DNA of 64,000 nt from Octopus vulgaris (lineage: Eukaryota): positions 57,846,001 through 57,910,000 of the forward strand of contig OX597831.1 of NCBI GenBank assembly GCA_951406725.2. The letters are read 5' to 3'. Position 1 is the first letter of the stretch. Each line of letters opens with the position of its first letter. Position numbers and translations under genes: made by a program. Of this stretch, positions 38,880 to 51,560 are shown piece by piece. The notes beneath the pieces are model-generated. The model worked only from the letters and a program-made list of their open reading frames with translations, did not search any database and was not told the origin of the DNA.

Positions 38880-39410
38880 TGCACAGCAGGAGAGATCTTC
38901 TAAGGAAAAACTCTCATCTGACAAGTGTTTTGGTCCTTATACCTGACACTCTATTGGAGCTGGGCCCACCCGGGTCATGACTCTTAAGTATCCTGCTGCT
39001 GCTTTCCAAAATCCTGTCTCCAGGGTCATTTTCATTGTTATTTTGTGTTCCCAGGTCTGTGTTTTGGCCCACTAGGCCACTCTGACTGACAAAGGAACCA
39101 GTTCTCTTCTTCCTTATACTTTCTGTACATAACCAGTAGAATCCATAACTAGGTCCATTGGTCATTTCTCTTTGCCCATATCCACATTGAGCTCTTTTCA
39201 ACAACATCAGACAAGTGTTTGATTGCGGCAGTTCTTCTGCAGCCTTTGATACGCAACTGCCTGAGTAGCTGACAGGTTGATGCAGCCATGAATCCTTGCA
39301 ATCCAACTTCAACTGGCTTCACAGTACAGTGATAACCCTCACTGCTTTGCCAGCTCACCATATTTGCTCATCTTAAAGATGTGCTGCTCTTCCATGCGGC
39401 TCTTGATATG
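38880..39410 (-). mobile_element. Hero-clade-like (RLE) non-LTR retrotransposon 3' fragment with 3' UTR
   Basis: RMEEQHIFKMSKYGEL (frameshift) then EGYHCTVKPVEVGLQGFMAASTCQLLRQLRIKGCRRTAAIKHLSDVVEKSSMWIWAKRNDQW. This matches the K..KY..L...PVEVG.RGF...AI..L...E..S.W.W.KR C-terminus of RLE elements. Confidence 0.8.
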
Positions 39411-39509
39411 TTTTAATATTCCACTTAGGCATTGTGAGACTGACAACCTGGTGTTGAACTCAGTAAACATATGCTTCCAAATGAAGCATTAGTTGAGTAC
39501 AGAACAGTG

Positions 39510-39792
39510 ATAAGAAAATGAAATGATAAAAGGAATAAATAATTGTCATATGAACTTCATTAGCTTACAGCTGTTTCTGCTGTAGGATGCAGTAAATTCA
39601 TAGTTGAGTGCCTGAGTAACACCTTACAGCTTGGAGCCTTGAATATGAAATGCAATTGAGGCTGTGATAAAGCTAAAAGGTGTTATTCAGGTACTCAACT
39701 ATGAGTCTACTGCAATTTATAGCAGAAACAACAGTAAGCTAATGAAGTTCATAAGATAATTGTTAATTCCTTTGTCATCTCATTTTCTTATT
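39510..39792. repeat. Long fold-back palindrome (~280 bp)
   Basis: ataagaaaatgaaatgataaaaggaat...tgaacttcattagcttac...catagttgagtgcctgagtaacacct pairs with aggtgttattcaggtactcaactatg...gtaagctaatgaagttca...attcctttgtcatctcattttcttat. Confidence 0.88.
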
Positions 39793-39979
39793 ACGGCTTT
39801 ATATCTTGGTATGTAAAACACCTTAACCACTAGGCCATGCAAGTTCCCCTACATGTTCCTATAAGTGTTTTTGCTGGTTGGCTTGTCTTTTTCGGTAATG
39901 CTTGAAGGGGAAACCAGTAGCTGTGCCAGGAGAGGTGAAAGGGAAGGTGAGTTAGAGAGGTAATGTGATAAAATAAAAT

Positions 39980-40380
39980 AGACAGAGAGAGGTAGAGTGA
40001 GAGAGAGAGTGAGAGAGATAGAGTGAGAGAGAGAGAGTGAGAGAGAGAGTGAGAGAGAGTGAGTGAGAGAGAGAGAGAGAAGGAGAGAGCGAGAGGGAGA
40101 GAGGGGGGAGAGAGAAGGAGAGAGAGAGAGAGGGAGAGAGAGAAGGAGAGAGCGAGGGGGAGAGAGAGAAAGAGAGAGAGAGAGAGGGAGAGAGAGAGAG
40201 AGAGAGACAAACTGAGACAGGCAGACAGAAAAAGAGAGATATGGTCAGACAGGGAAAGAGAGAAAGAGAGAGAGAGGGGTAGGTAGAGAAAGAGAAGAGG
40301 AAAGGAGAGAAAGAGAGAAAGGCAGAAAGATAGACAGGCAGACAGACAAAATAGATATAGATAGAAAGACAGATAAACAC
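39980..40380. repeat. Degenerate (GA)n polypurine microsatellite
   Basis: About 400 bp of nearly pure A/G on the plus strand. Confidence 0.95.
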
Positions 40381-41436
40381 TTGATTAGAGATAGAGTGGA
40401 AACTTGTAAAATATTTCAGGGATTCTTCGTTTGAGGTTCCTGAGTGAACATATGTGCACACTCACATATACATATGGAATACACCACAGACACATAAACA
40501 GTAACTAATACAAGGACATGCACATGCTTATATACATGCTTATATACATGCATAAGTGCATGCACATATACATACGTATGTGTATGCTTGCATACATGCA
40601 TGCGTACATACATACTCACATACACGATGGGCTTCAGCACAGTTTCTGTCTACCTGGTTTCCTTCTTAAAGTATTGATGAACCAATGCACTTGCCAATAG
40701 TGCTTCTCCGTAGGATCGAACGTAGAACTACTGGTTTACAAAGCCAACCTCTTAACCACACACCTATGCTTCTGTCGAGACGTTGGCTTCAATCAATATG
40801 ACGTAATTAAATGGACATAACATCCATTATCAGGCTTAGTTTAAGCAGTACTAGACACTTCTATTTTGCATCCCTTATGGGGGGCTTAGAAAGTTAAGTC
40901 CCAGTAATATTTTGGAGTAATTTCCATTGACTATATCCACAATAAGAACGCGGTATTCTTATATAACCAAAAGACATCGTTGTTACGCATTCTGTGATGA
41001 TTGGAATAATATATTATATTCTGTCGACTGTCCATTTGAAAATAATATGATTACAATCCAGTTAGGATTAATTATAATTATTATAATTCTTGTAGGTGTT
41101 CGTTTTCTAAGATTTTATTAAAATAATTGTACAATTGTTAATTTTCTTTCCAAAATACGATTATTAACATTTTAAAACCCTTTAGATTGTATATCTAAGT
41201 AAATACAGCCGATTCTCGAATGGGTATATAATTCGGGTATGTGGAGCACATGATGCACTTAGTAACAGAACAGAAACAAAAAATGAATATATAAAAAAGG
41301 CGATTCTTTACCAAGACATCTTCCTTTTGCCCCTAATCTTTGGGAGAAGGTTCCCTCGAAATCGTAAAGCCACGCCAGCTGTCCCGCTTGTAGTCCACAG
41401 GTTACAAACCAATCTACATGCCTGAATGTGTGTGTG

Positions 41437-41474
<38 letters not shown>

Positions 41475-41629
41475 CACATATGTGTATATGTGTGTTTATT
41501 GAGCGAAAACACCTAAATAAGCTTCACGATATCCAGCAGGGATGGTGGTGGTATCCCTGCTATACTATTTCACCACTCTAAAGGCGATGCTCCATAGGCC
41601 GCAGTCAAATACTGAAACAAGTACAAAAA

Positions 41630-41711
<82 letters not shown>

Positions 41712-42544
41712 TAGGTGCCGGCAAAGTGGTCAATATTGGCCCCTGAGTGTATGCGTGGGTGTGGGGGATTTTATGTGGCTAGCCAAAAGGGGTCTATAAA
41801 CATTAAATGTTCGATTATATCAATATAATATGATCGAATTTTTATTGTTCTTTATCAATTTCTAAAATATTTTCACTAAATTTCTTTAAATATTTCTAAT
41901 TAAAAAACGACAACGACACCAAAAAAGAAGAAAGAAAGAATTGTTTTTAATCAAAAACACTTTTATTAATAAAGTATACTTTATAAATTAGCACGCCGGG
42001 CAAAATGCTTTGCGTCATTTCGTCTGTCCACACGTTCTGAGTTCAAATTCCGCTATGGTCGACTTTGCCTTTCATCATTTCGAGGTCGATAAAATAAGTA
42101 CCAGTTGAATACTGAGGTCGATGCAATCGATTTACCCGCTCTCTCGAAACTGCTGGTCTTTTGCCAAGATATGAAATCAATTTTCGTTTAGAATTTTTCT
42201 TGGCGCGGTCGATAATTTATTAACGATTCCATGAAAGGGTCAGTGATAGAACAAATTGTCTGACCCTTGAAATACCAGGTATCCTTTCTATTATATCTTG
42301 GCAGTGTTGTTGTTGTTGTTGGTGGTGGTGATAGGGTCTAGTCGATTACATCGATCCCAGTGCTCAGCTGATAATTATTTCCTCAAACTCTGAAAGGATG
42401 AAAGGCAAAGTCAACCTCAGTGGAATTTGAACTCAGAACGTTAAGATAGAAGAAATTACCGCAAAGCATTTTGCCCGGCGTGCTAACAATTCTGCCGGAC
42501 GAAATGCCGCTAAATAGTTTGTCCGGCGTGCTCACGACCCTGAT

Positions 42545-42556
42545 ACACACACACAA

Positions 42557-42607
<51 letters not shown>

Positions 42608-42654
42608 CATACATATATGCATGTATGTGTGTGTGTGTGTGTGTGTGTGTATAC

Positions 42655-42685
<31 letters not shown>

Positions 42686-42769
42686 TATATATGTATGTAT
42701 GTATATATATATGCATGTATATATGTGTGTATATATGTTTATATATATATATATGTATACACACACACA

Positions 42770-42832
<63 letters not shown>

Positions 42833-42905
42833 ATATATATGCATGTATATATGTGTGTATATATGTTTATATATATGTATACACACACACGCGCGCACAC
42901 ACATG
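42545..42905. repeat. Compound (TA)n/(TG)n/(TATG)n microsatellite (one of many)
   Basis: Visible directly. Similar tracts at ~23820-23910, 24570-24650, 41640-41710, 44400-44565, 45870-46070, 46478-46740, 52840-52990, 59140-59370, 61705-61785 and 63120-63300. Confidence 0.95.
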
Positions 42906-43659
42906 TAGAAATAGAGTAAAAGATAGCTAGAATCCTACACCAAACATTGTCCTTTCTTTTATCTCTCTCTCTCTCTCTCCCCGTCTCTATTTTCTTACAT
43001 GCTATCTTCCTCTTTAACCTTTTCCGCCTTCCTCTTTGCTTCATTAAACACACACCTCTGTTTCTCCACGCTGCACCAATATTTATACTTGGTTCGCTAA
43101 CAGAGGGCCACCACTACCACTATCACCACGACTACCACTTTGGTATAATCTGTACACCACACAGCATCACTTCTCTGCACCACGCAACACTATATCAGCG
43201 GTTGCTTCGGTGAGTGGTTTTTTTTTTTGCGACCGGATTTTTATTTCTGCAAATAATAATAATAACGTGACTATGTTGAACTTTATTGATAGTTGACACC
43301 TGTAGCTTCTGCCCTACAAAAGAGACACACACTATCAGGTGAGAAAATAGTTTTCTTTTCATTTATTTATTTTTCTTCTGATGATGCACCATAAAGCTAA
43401 GCCTTTATGGACGTGAAACCCAAAGTAATCCCCAAAACTGGCCTTAGCTAACTTTAATATATTTATATATATATTTCTTTACTACCCACAAGGGGCTAAA
43501 CATAGAGGGGGACAAACAAGGACAGACAAAGGGATTAAGTCGATTACATCGACCCCAGTGCGAAACTGGTACTTTATTTATCGACCCCGAAAGGATGAAA
43601 GGCAAAGTCGACCTCGGCATATATATTGATAGATAGATATGATTACGCAAGAACTGAAC

Positions 43660-43912
43660 GGTACTACTCAAGAAGAGTGGTCCCGGTGCGCGCATTCGCG
43701 TACTCGCGCATCCGTGCTAGCTAGCTAGTCGTGACTAGTTGATCCTTACTTTGTGTTTTTGTGTTTTATTTACTTTGTTTAAAAAAATTTTATTTCTTTT
43801 GTGTTTTATTTACTTTGCTGGGTAGTCGTTGTAGTAGGATCGACTAGTCACGGCTAGCTAGCTAGCGAGTACGCTAGTGCGCGCACCGGGACCACTCTTC
43901 TTAAGTAGTACC
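43660..43912. mobile_element. Merlin-like MITE with long GC-rich TIRs
   Basis: TIRs GGTACTACTCAAGAAGAGTGGTCCCGGTGCGCGCA... / ...TGCGCGCACCGGGACCACTCTTCTTAAGTAGTACC. 9-bp TSD GAACTGAAC / GAACCAAAC, both derivable from GAACCGAAC by CpG deamination. Confidence 0.85.
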
Positions 43913-44424
43913 GAACCAAACAATACAAAAATACCGCAAGTCGTCATTCTTTGTTGACATTGCAGTAGCCGTAGTGGCTGCTTATTCCACAAGCACCTTC
44001 CATCCTCCTCACCCCTCTCGTCCCCCTCCTCATCCCTCTCCTCATTACCCCACCTCCTCCTCCTCCCCTCGTCGTCATCGGCATCATCATCATCAACATC
44101 AACATCGAGCCCAACGTCATCGTCGTCCACGTCGTCACTATCATTATCTTTGTTTAGGTCGAGGTCAACTCCTCCTCATCGTCATCATCATCATCATCAT
44201 CATCACATACTACAGGCCCACTGAATTCATTAGCAACACTATCTTCCTCTTCATATCATCATCATGATCGTCTGGCATCGCCAACATCATTAAGGTTAAA
44301 AAAAGAAGTACTTTTGTTTATGGTGTTGGTTGGAATAAGTTCACCGAAATTATCAGTTTTCTATAGTTATATAATAGTAAAACACGCGCGTGCGCACGTA
44401 TACATACTTATATATATATATACA

Positions 44425-44486
<62 letters not shown>

Positions 44487-44564
44487 CATACATACATACA
44501 TACATATACATACATACATACATATACATAGATACATGTACATATATATATACATACATATACA

Positions 44565-45867
44565 TGGCTGGCCCCCGTGCTGGTGACACGTAAAAGCACC
44601 GTCCGTTCGTGGACGTTTGCCAGCTCTGTCTCGCCCCGTGCCGGTGACACGTAAAAGCACCATCCGCTCGTGTTCGTTGCCAGCCTCGGCTGGCCCCCGT
44701 GCCGGTGACACGTGAAAGCACCATCCATTCGTGTTCGTTGCCAGCCTCGGCTGGCCCCCGTGCCGGTGACACGTAAAAGCACCGTCCGTTCGTGGCCGTT
44801 TGCCAGCTCTGTCTCGCCCCGTGCCGGTGACACGTAAAAGCACCATCCGCTCGTGTTCGTTGCCAGCCTCGGCTGGCCCCGTGCCGGTGACACGTGAAAG
44901 CACCATCCATTCGTGTTCGTTGCCAGCCTCGGCTGGCCCCCGTGCCGGTGACACGTAAAAGCACCGTCCGTTCGTGGCCGTTTGCCAGCTCTGTCTGGCC
45001 CCGTGTCGGTGACACGTAAAAGCATCATCCGCTCGTGTTCGTTGCCAGCCTCGGCTGGCACCCGTGCCGGTGACACGTTAAAGCACCATACGTTCGTGTT
45101 CGTTGCCAGCCTCGGCTGGCACCCGTGCCGGTGACACGTAAAAGCACCGTCCGTTCGTGGCCGTTTGCCAGCTCTGTCTGGCCCCGTGTCGGTGACACGT
45201 AAAAGCATCATCCGCTCGTGTTCGTTGCCAGCCTCGGCTGGCCCCCGTGCCGGTGACACGTAAAAGCACCATCCGTTCGTGTTCGTTGCCAGCCTCGGCT
45301 GGCCCCGTGCCGGTGACACGTAAAAGCACCGTCCGTTCGTGGCCGTTTGCCAGCTCTGTCTGGCCCCGTGTCGGTGACACGTAAAAGCACCATCCGCTCG
45401 TGTTCGTTGCCAGCCTCGGCTGGCCCCCGTGCCGGTGACACGTAAAAGCACCATCCGTTCGTGTTCGTTGCCAGCCTCGGCTGGCCCCCGTGCCGGTGAC
45501 ACGTAAAAGCACCGTCCGTTCGTGGACGTTTGCCAGCTCTGTCTGGCCCCGTGTCGGTGACACGTAAAAGCACCATCCGCTCGTGTTCGTTGCCAGCCTC
45601 GGCTGGCCCCGTGCCGGTGACACGTAAAAGCACCATCCGTTCGTGGCCGTTGTGCCAGCTCTGTCTGGCACCTGTGCAGGTGGCACGTAAAAAACACCCA
45701 CTACACTCGCGGAGTGGTTGGCGTTAGGAAGGGCATCCAGCCGTAGAAACACTGCCAAATCTGACTGGGCCTGATGAAGCCTTCCGGCTTCACAGACCCC
45801 AGTTAAACCGTCCAACCCATGCTAGCATGGAAAGCGGACGCTAAATGATGATGATGATGATGATGAT
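44565..45867 (+). repeat. ~61-bp tandem array (about 18-19 units, trimeric higher-order repeat) forming the 5' part of a family A element
   Basis: GTGCCGGTGACACGTAAAAGCACC recurs every 60-62 bp from ~44577 to ~45673. The array then runs into the normal family A body and (GAT)n tail. Confidence 0.95.
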
Positions 45868-46021
45868 ACATACATATACATATATATATACATATACATA
45901 TATACACACACACATATATATATTTACATATACATATATATATATGCATATATATATATATACATACATATACATACATATATATATACATATATATATA
46001 TATACATATATATACATAAAT

Positions 46022-46062
<41 letters not shown>

Positions 46063-46501
46063 TATATATATACTCTTTTACTCTTTTACATGTTTCAGTC
46101 ATTTGACTGCGGCCATGCTGGAGCACCACCTTTAATTGAGCAACTCGACCCTGGGACTTATTTTTGTAAGCCCAGTACTTATTCTATCGGTCTATTTTGC
46201 CGAACCGCTAAGTTACGGGGACATAAACACACCAGCATTGGTTGTCAAGCAGTACTAGGGGGACAAACATGGACACAAACACACACGCACATACACATAT
46301 ATATACATATATACAACGGGCTTCTTTCAGTTTCCGTCTACCAAATCCACTCATAAGGCTTTGATTGGCCCGGGGCTATAGTAGAAGACACTTGCCCAAG
46401 GTGCCACGCAGTGGGACTGAACCCGGAACCATGTGGTTGGTAAGCATGCTACTTACCACACAGCCACTCCTGCACCTATATATATATATATACATACATA
46501 C

Positions 46502-46574
<73 letters not shown>

Positions 46575-46737
46575 CATATATATATATACATACATACATA
46601 TACATATGCATACATATACATATATATACGTACATATACATATATATATATATATATACATACATATACATATATATATACATACATATACATATATATG
46701 TATGTATATATATATGTATATGTATGTATGTATATAT

Positions 46738-47231
46738 ATGTAATTCTTTTTCTTCTCGTTCAGTTTATAACTATAACACACAACCCCCACAGTCGACGCT
46801 ATGGCGTCCAGAGCTCGCTCTGGGTGACATTGGGGCGACTGTACACAGCTACCAGCCCACAGTCGACGCTATGGGGGTTGGGTTGGGAGGAAAGAATTTC
46901 CATTATATATTGAGAACTATAGCGCGAAGGCAGCATAAAAAAACCCCACCCTTCCTCAATTGTTGGCAGATTTACCTACTCCGCATTGCGAGCAGTGCAA
47001 CAAGATGCGTCTTCGTGAAAGCAATTGCTCCCCGAAAGCAAATTAAATAAAATTTGAGACACGTGGAACGTCAAAGCAACTAACAAAAACAGGACAGTGA
47101 AAACATTCAGCAAGGGCTGTTTAACCCTAACGAGGTGAAGTGGTGAACGCTGGAGAAAAAAAGCTTTGTCAAGAGACAGACAAGAATGCGTGGTATAGTT
47201 ATAAACTGAACGAGAAGAAAAAGAATTACAT
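46738..47231. mobile_element. MITE with perfect ~38-bp TIRs (superfamily unclear)
   Basis: ATGTAATTCTTTTTCTTCTCGTTCAGTTTATAACTATA / TATAGTTATAAACTGAACGAGAAGAAAAAGAATTACAT. The interior is CpG-rich with an internal direct repeat cccacagtcgacgctatgg. Confidence 0.85.
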
Positions 47232-47622
47232 TTAAAAATAGAGATCTATAATCATTGAGGACTGAATTTGAGTTAGAAATAGAGAACTATAAATTTTGTA
47301 TTATGCATAAAGTGGTGGCTTACATTCGGGGCTTCCAATTTCTCTGTAAAATATAAGATAGTCGCAAAATCATCGCACATGTCACCATCGATTACAAACA
47401 CCGGTGGAAGATAAAAGTTTCAGAGGACATTCTTGTTCTTTCGTTTGTACAAGGATCGTATTATGTTTCGGCTTAAAATAAATTATAGATACAAATATAA
47501 TGTATAGAAATATATAAAAAACAGAATAGAAAATAAACGTCTTAGGCATATAAAATGAGATAACATGAGATATCAAGGTGTTATAAACTTGAAACCTACT
47601 AGAATATCGTAGATTATATATA

Positions 47623-50201
47623 TCAAGTCATCCAATCAGTTCTGTTCAATTTTACCTTTTTTTTAGATTTGAATGAAATTTAATAGTATTTTCAAATGTC
47701 TAATGCAATTAAAAATTATTTTTATGCATTTGTGTACGTTTAAACTAATTCAATATTGTTTTACAAAATAATAGCGGGTGTCCACAAAGTATGCGTACAT
47801 GGGGATTAACACATACTTTGAAAACAAACCAATTTTATTTAATTATAATATTAATAAATAATATTTTCAAAGTGATTTCCATCATTTTTCAATGCATAAC
47901 TTGATGCGCCTTGCAAAATTCAGGTGAACTTGATTAAATAAGTCTACATTGCCATCAATTTCAGCACACTGACTGGTAATGCATTCTCTCATGTGTTTTA
48001 AATCTGTAATCTTTATTGTAATCTTTCTCTTTCAACATACCCCAGAAAAAGAAATCAAGGAGAGAAAGGTCTAGTAAATGAGAGGACCTTTCCATATGAG
48101 CCCTTCTTCCAATCCAGTGAGGAAAGTGTCATTAAGTCAATCTCTAACAGTTGTGGCAAAATGGGTAGGGGACCCATCCTGCTGAAACCAATTCGGAAGG
48201 CCCTCGCCTAGGCGCTCAATTTGAGATATTAATTTGTCTCTCAATATGTTTACATAAGTCTCATCTGTTACATGTTCAATGAAGAAGGGTCCTAGAACAT
48301 GAGCTTTCCACAAACCACACCACACCATCAGCTTTTTGCTGCCTTGCTGTTTGGATGGATCCATCCAATGTGGATTACCTCGAGACCAGTATAGAAGATT
48401 CTGTCTGTTGACCTCACCATTTACATAAAACGTAGCTTTGTCACTGAACAACAAAGTTTTTCATAAAATTGATATTTTCATCCAATTTATCTGAAAACCA
48501 TTCGCACGTCTACATTCGTCTACCAGGGTCGTCTTCATTGAAGTGATGCAATATCTGTAGGTTGTATCGATGAAACTTTTCCTCAACCAGCATTTTGTGG
48601 ATGGTTGGTTTTGGAACACCTAACACCGTGGATGTCCGATGAAGTGATTTCTTTGAGTTAGCACAAACTTTAGCCATGACAGCCTCTTTCATTTCATCTG
48701 AAGTCTTTGGTCGCCCGGAACGGGGTTTATCCAATACACTGCCTGTTTCTTTAAATTTCTTGATCAATTTCCCGACGGCAGTAAAAAAATAGGTTACCTA
48801 TAAGGGTGTCGAAGATTAAATTCTTCCGCAATTTTGCGATAAGACCATCTCTCTCGTCCACTTAATAATACTAACTCGATTCTTTCTTCTTTAGACAGAT
48901 CCACCATTCGATCTGGGATTCTTTCTTCTTTAGACAGAGCCATCATTCGATCATCTGTAGAAAAAATAACAAATAAATTTAGAAAAGTAAAGTATTTTTT
49001 TTATTTAATTTAAACAAAAGTAAAAAAGGAAAATTATCATTTCTTATATTTGTTTATGTTATGATTTTATTCCACGTACCGAGACTTCGAGGACACCCTA
49101 AAATTACTTTGATTAAAACCCTTTCAACATGGACGTATCCAAGGAGCATTTAAGGCACATATAATTCTTTATGGGTACAATAAAGGTAACTCTGCAGCTG
49201 AAGTGACTCGAAACATACACTCAGTTTATGGGAAAGTGCTTGAATGAAAGAACTTGCAGGAGATCGTTTGCAAAATTGAAGATGAAGATCGAATAGGATG
49301 TCCAGTTGAGTTAGATGATAAGCTCCTTGAGGCATTACTTGAAGAAAATCCGTCATTATCAGTTGAAGAATTGGAAATAAAGCTTACTTCAAACCATACA
49401 ACAGTTCATCGTCATCTCCAACAACGTGGAAAGATTCCTAAACTTGGAAAATAGGTGCCTCATGTATTGTCCGAAAGCAACCGCAAATCTCGAGTTGACA
49501 TCTGCTCTTCTCTCCATTCTCGAAAACTCATTTCACCCTTTTTCGATAGACTTGTGACGAAAAATGGATTTTCTATCGAAATGTTAAACGTCGTAAACAG
49601 TGACTTGGTAAAAGGGAAAATGCTCAACCACAACCGAAAAGGGAACTTCATGGGAAAAAGGTTCTACTCTATCTGGTGCAATTGCAAAGGCGTAATTCAC
49701 TTTATATTGTTACTACCTAATGCAACAATCAATGCTCAAGTCTACTGTCAGCAATTAGAGCGTTTGAACCAAGCTTTGAAGGAAAAAAGAGCCGCTTTAG
49801 TGAGTCGAAAATGAGTGATGTTTCATCATGACAATGCGCAACCCCACACTGCAAAGATCACATCACAGAAGATCGAAGAGGTCGATTTGGAAAAATTTCT
49901 TCATCCAACTTATTCTCCCGACCTTATTCCTTCAGGATACCATTTGTTTCATAGTTTACAGAATTATTAGGGGGACACAACTTTCGCAAGCCATGAGGAG
50001 GTCGAACCTGACATTTCAGAGTTCTTAGCTTTGAAACCAAAAGAGTTTTACATTGATGGGATTAAAAAGCTTGTAAATAGATGGAAGTAAGTCATAGATA
50101 ATCAGGGAAGGTACATTGATGATTAACTTTCAATTTAATATAACATTTGATCACTTGGATTCTTTATCCAAAATTCGGACAGAACTTATGGGATGACCTG
50201 A
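47623..50201 (+). mobile_element. Degenerate mariner transposon split by a nested rosa-type element
   Basis: 5' TIR tcaagtcatccaatcagttctgttcaatttt (47623) matches 3' TIR aaaattcggacagaacttatgggatgacctga (ends 50201). Transposase remnants from ~49129: MDVSKEHLRH, GNSAAE, VPHVLSE, FHHDNAQPH, YSPDL.PS.YHLF.SL. Confidence 0.9.
47774..49100 (-). mobile_element. Tc1/mariner superfamily element, rosa (DD41D)-like, degenerate full length
   Basis: TIRs gggtgtccacaaagt.tgcgtacatgg / ccacgtaccgagacttcgaggacaccc. ORFs IKKFKETGSVLDKPRSGRPKT, LFSDKATFYVNGEVNRQN..YWS..NPH, VWCG, GPFF, FQQDG.P.H, WIGR and DFFFWG. Confidence 0.88.
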
Positions 50202-50209
50202 GATATATA

Positions 50210-50936
50210 CACCGGCGAAAATATATTTAAGACCGACGATAAAAGTTCTATTTCTTACAAAATATTTTGTTACTAACACCATACAAATTATTTATATCTT
50301 TTACACCTTATGCAAAATTTATTTCTCTTTCGAATGATGCAAACAATTTTTATACAACTTGAAGAATTCTAATGCTATATTAATATATATTTCTTTACTG
50401 CCCACAAGGGGCTAAACATAGAGGGGACAAACAAGGACAGACAAACGGATTAAGTCGATTACATCGACCCCAGTGTGTAACTGGTACTTAATTTATCGAC
50501 CCCGAAAGGATGAAAGGCAAAGTCGACCTCGGCAGAATTTGAACTCAGAACGTAATATAAACGTTTCAAATTTATCGGCAAAATTAGTTTAAGACCATGT
50601 AATATGTATGCAATTTTTTTGGCCAAAATGGGTGGTCACACAACGAGCCTAAATGCACCATATAAAGTTATAATTTAATGTTATTCTACAATTTATTGAT
50701 AATGGGAAAACAACGTAGCCTTAGTCCAGTCACGAGAGCAAAAATCGTATATTACAGCAAAAAGTTTCCTTTCCGAAAATCAGCAAGCAACTAAAGTGCA
50801 GTAAACCGGCTTGCGTGCAAGCATGGAAGTTATAATCGGAGACTGGTCAATATAAAGATAGACAAAGGACTAGTAACAGAATATTTTGTAAGAAATAGAA
50901 CTTTTATCATCGGTCTTAAATTTATTTTCGCCAGTG
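50210..50936. mobile_element. MITE with ~65-bp TIRs and a nested family B SINE
   Basis: CACCGGCGAAAATATATTTAAGACCGACGATAAAAGTTCTATTTCTTACAAAATATTTTGTTACTA pairs with 50871-50936. TA context. Confidence 0.85.
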
Positions 50937-51183
50937 TGTATATTATATATATATAATGTATATAATACGAGAATTTTAATGGAGATAACCTGCAGTATAT
51001 AGTACAACAATTTTGTCTCCGTATATGAGCTAAGTATTAATAAAATGTGGCATACGATAAACATTTTTGATATTTGTCTTAAAACATTCAGACAAGAAAA
51101 TTTGGATGTAGCACATGAGGTATTATTCCATACGAATATACACATATTTATGTTAAGAGTTTCATGATAAAAATATAGAAATA

Positions 51184-51560
51184 TTGGGTTGTCCGGAAAG
51201 TTCGTGTCGATTTATAGTAGCTTATCTTTCGACTTATTTTAGAACATGTTTGAGTCCATAAAATAGGATTTGACTACACCTCCATTTAGAGCACAGTTTA
51301 AGCTATCTTTTCGTGGAAGAAGGTTTATGTTCCTATAACCTATGTTAATTCTGTAACCCTTTAAAATAAAAGATGAGATAGTTAATTTTCGGCACTTGAT
51401 GCTTTAGGAACCAGACAAAAATTGCTGCTGCTCGGCTGGGATGTGTTACCCCCATCCTCCCTATTCCCCAGATATTGCTCCTTCGGATTTCCACTTATTC
51501 AGGTCTCTGCAGAAAAGTCTTAATGGTAAAAATTTCAATTCCTTGGATGACGTAAAAAGA
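51184..51560 (+). mobile_element. Internally deleted mariner fragment
   Basis: 5' TIR ta|ttgggttgtccggaaagttcgtgtcgatt. Remnant LGWDVLP, HPPYSPDIAPSDFHLFRSLQKSLNGKNFNSLDDVK. Confidence 0.85.

Noticed and set aside
39830-42930. ORFs rich in YI/HT/CV/SL/RE dipeptides here and throughout the window
   Set aside because: They are microsatellite translations.
44353-45815. Long ORFs (429, 245, 220, 195 aa)
   Set aside because: They are translations of the 61-bp tandem array plus TA microsatellite, open in several frames, with no protein-like content.
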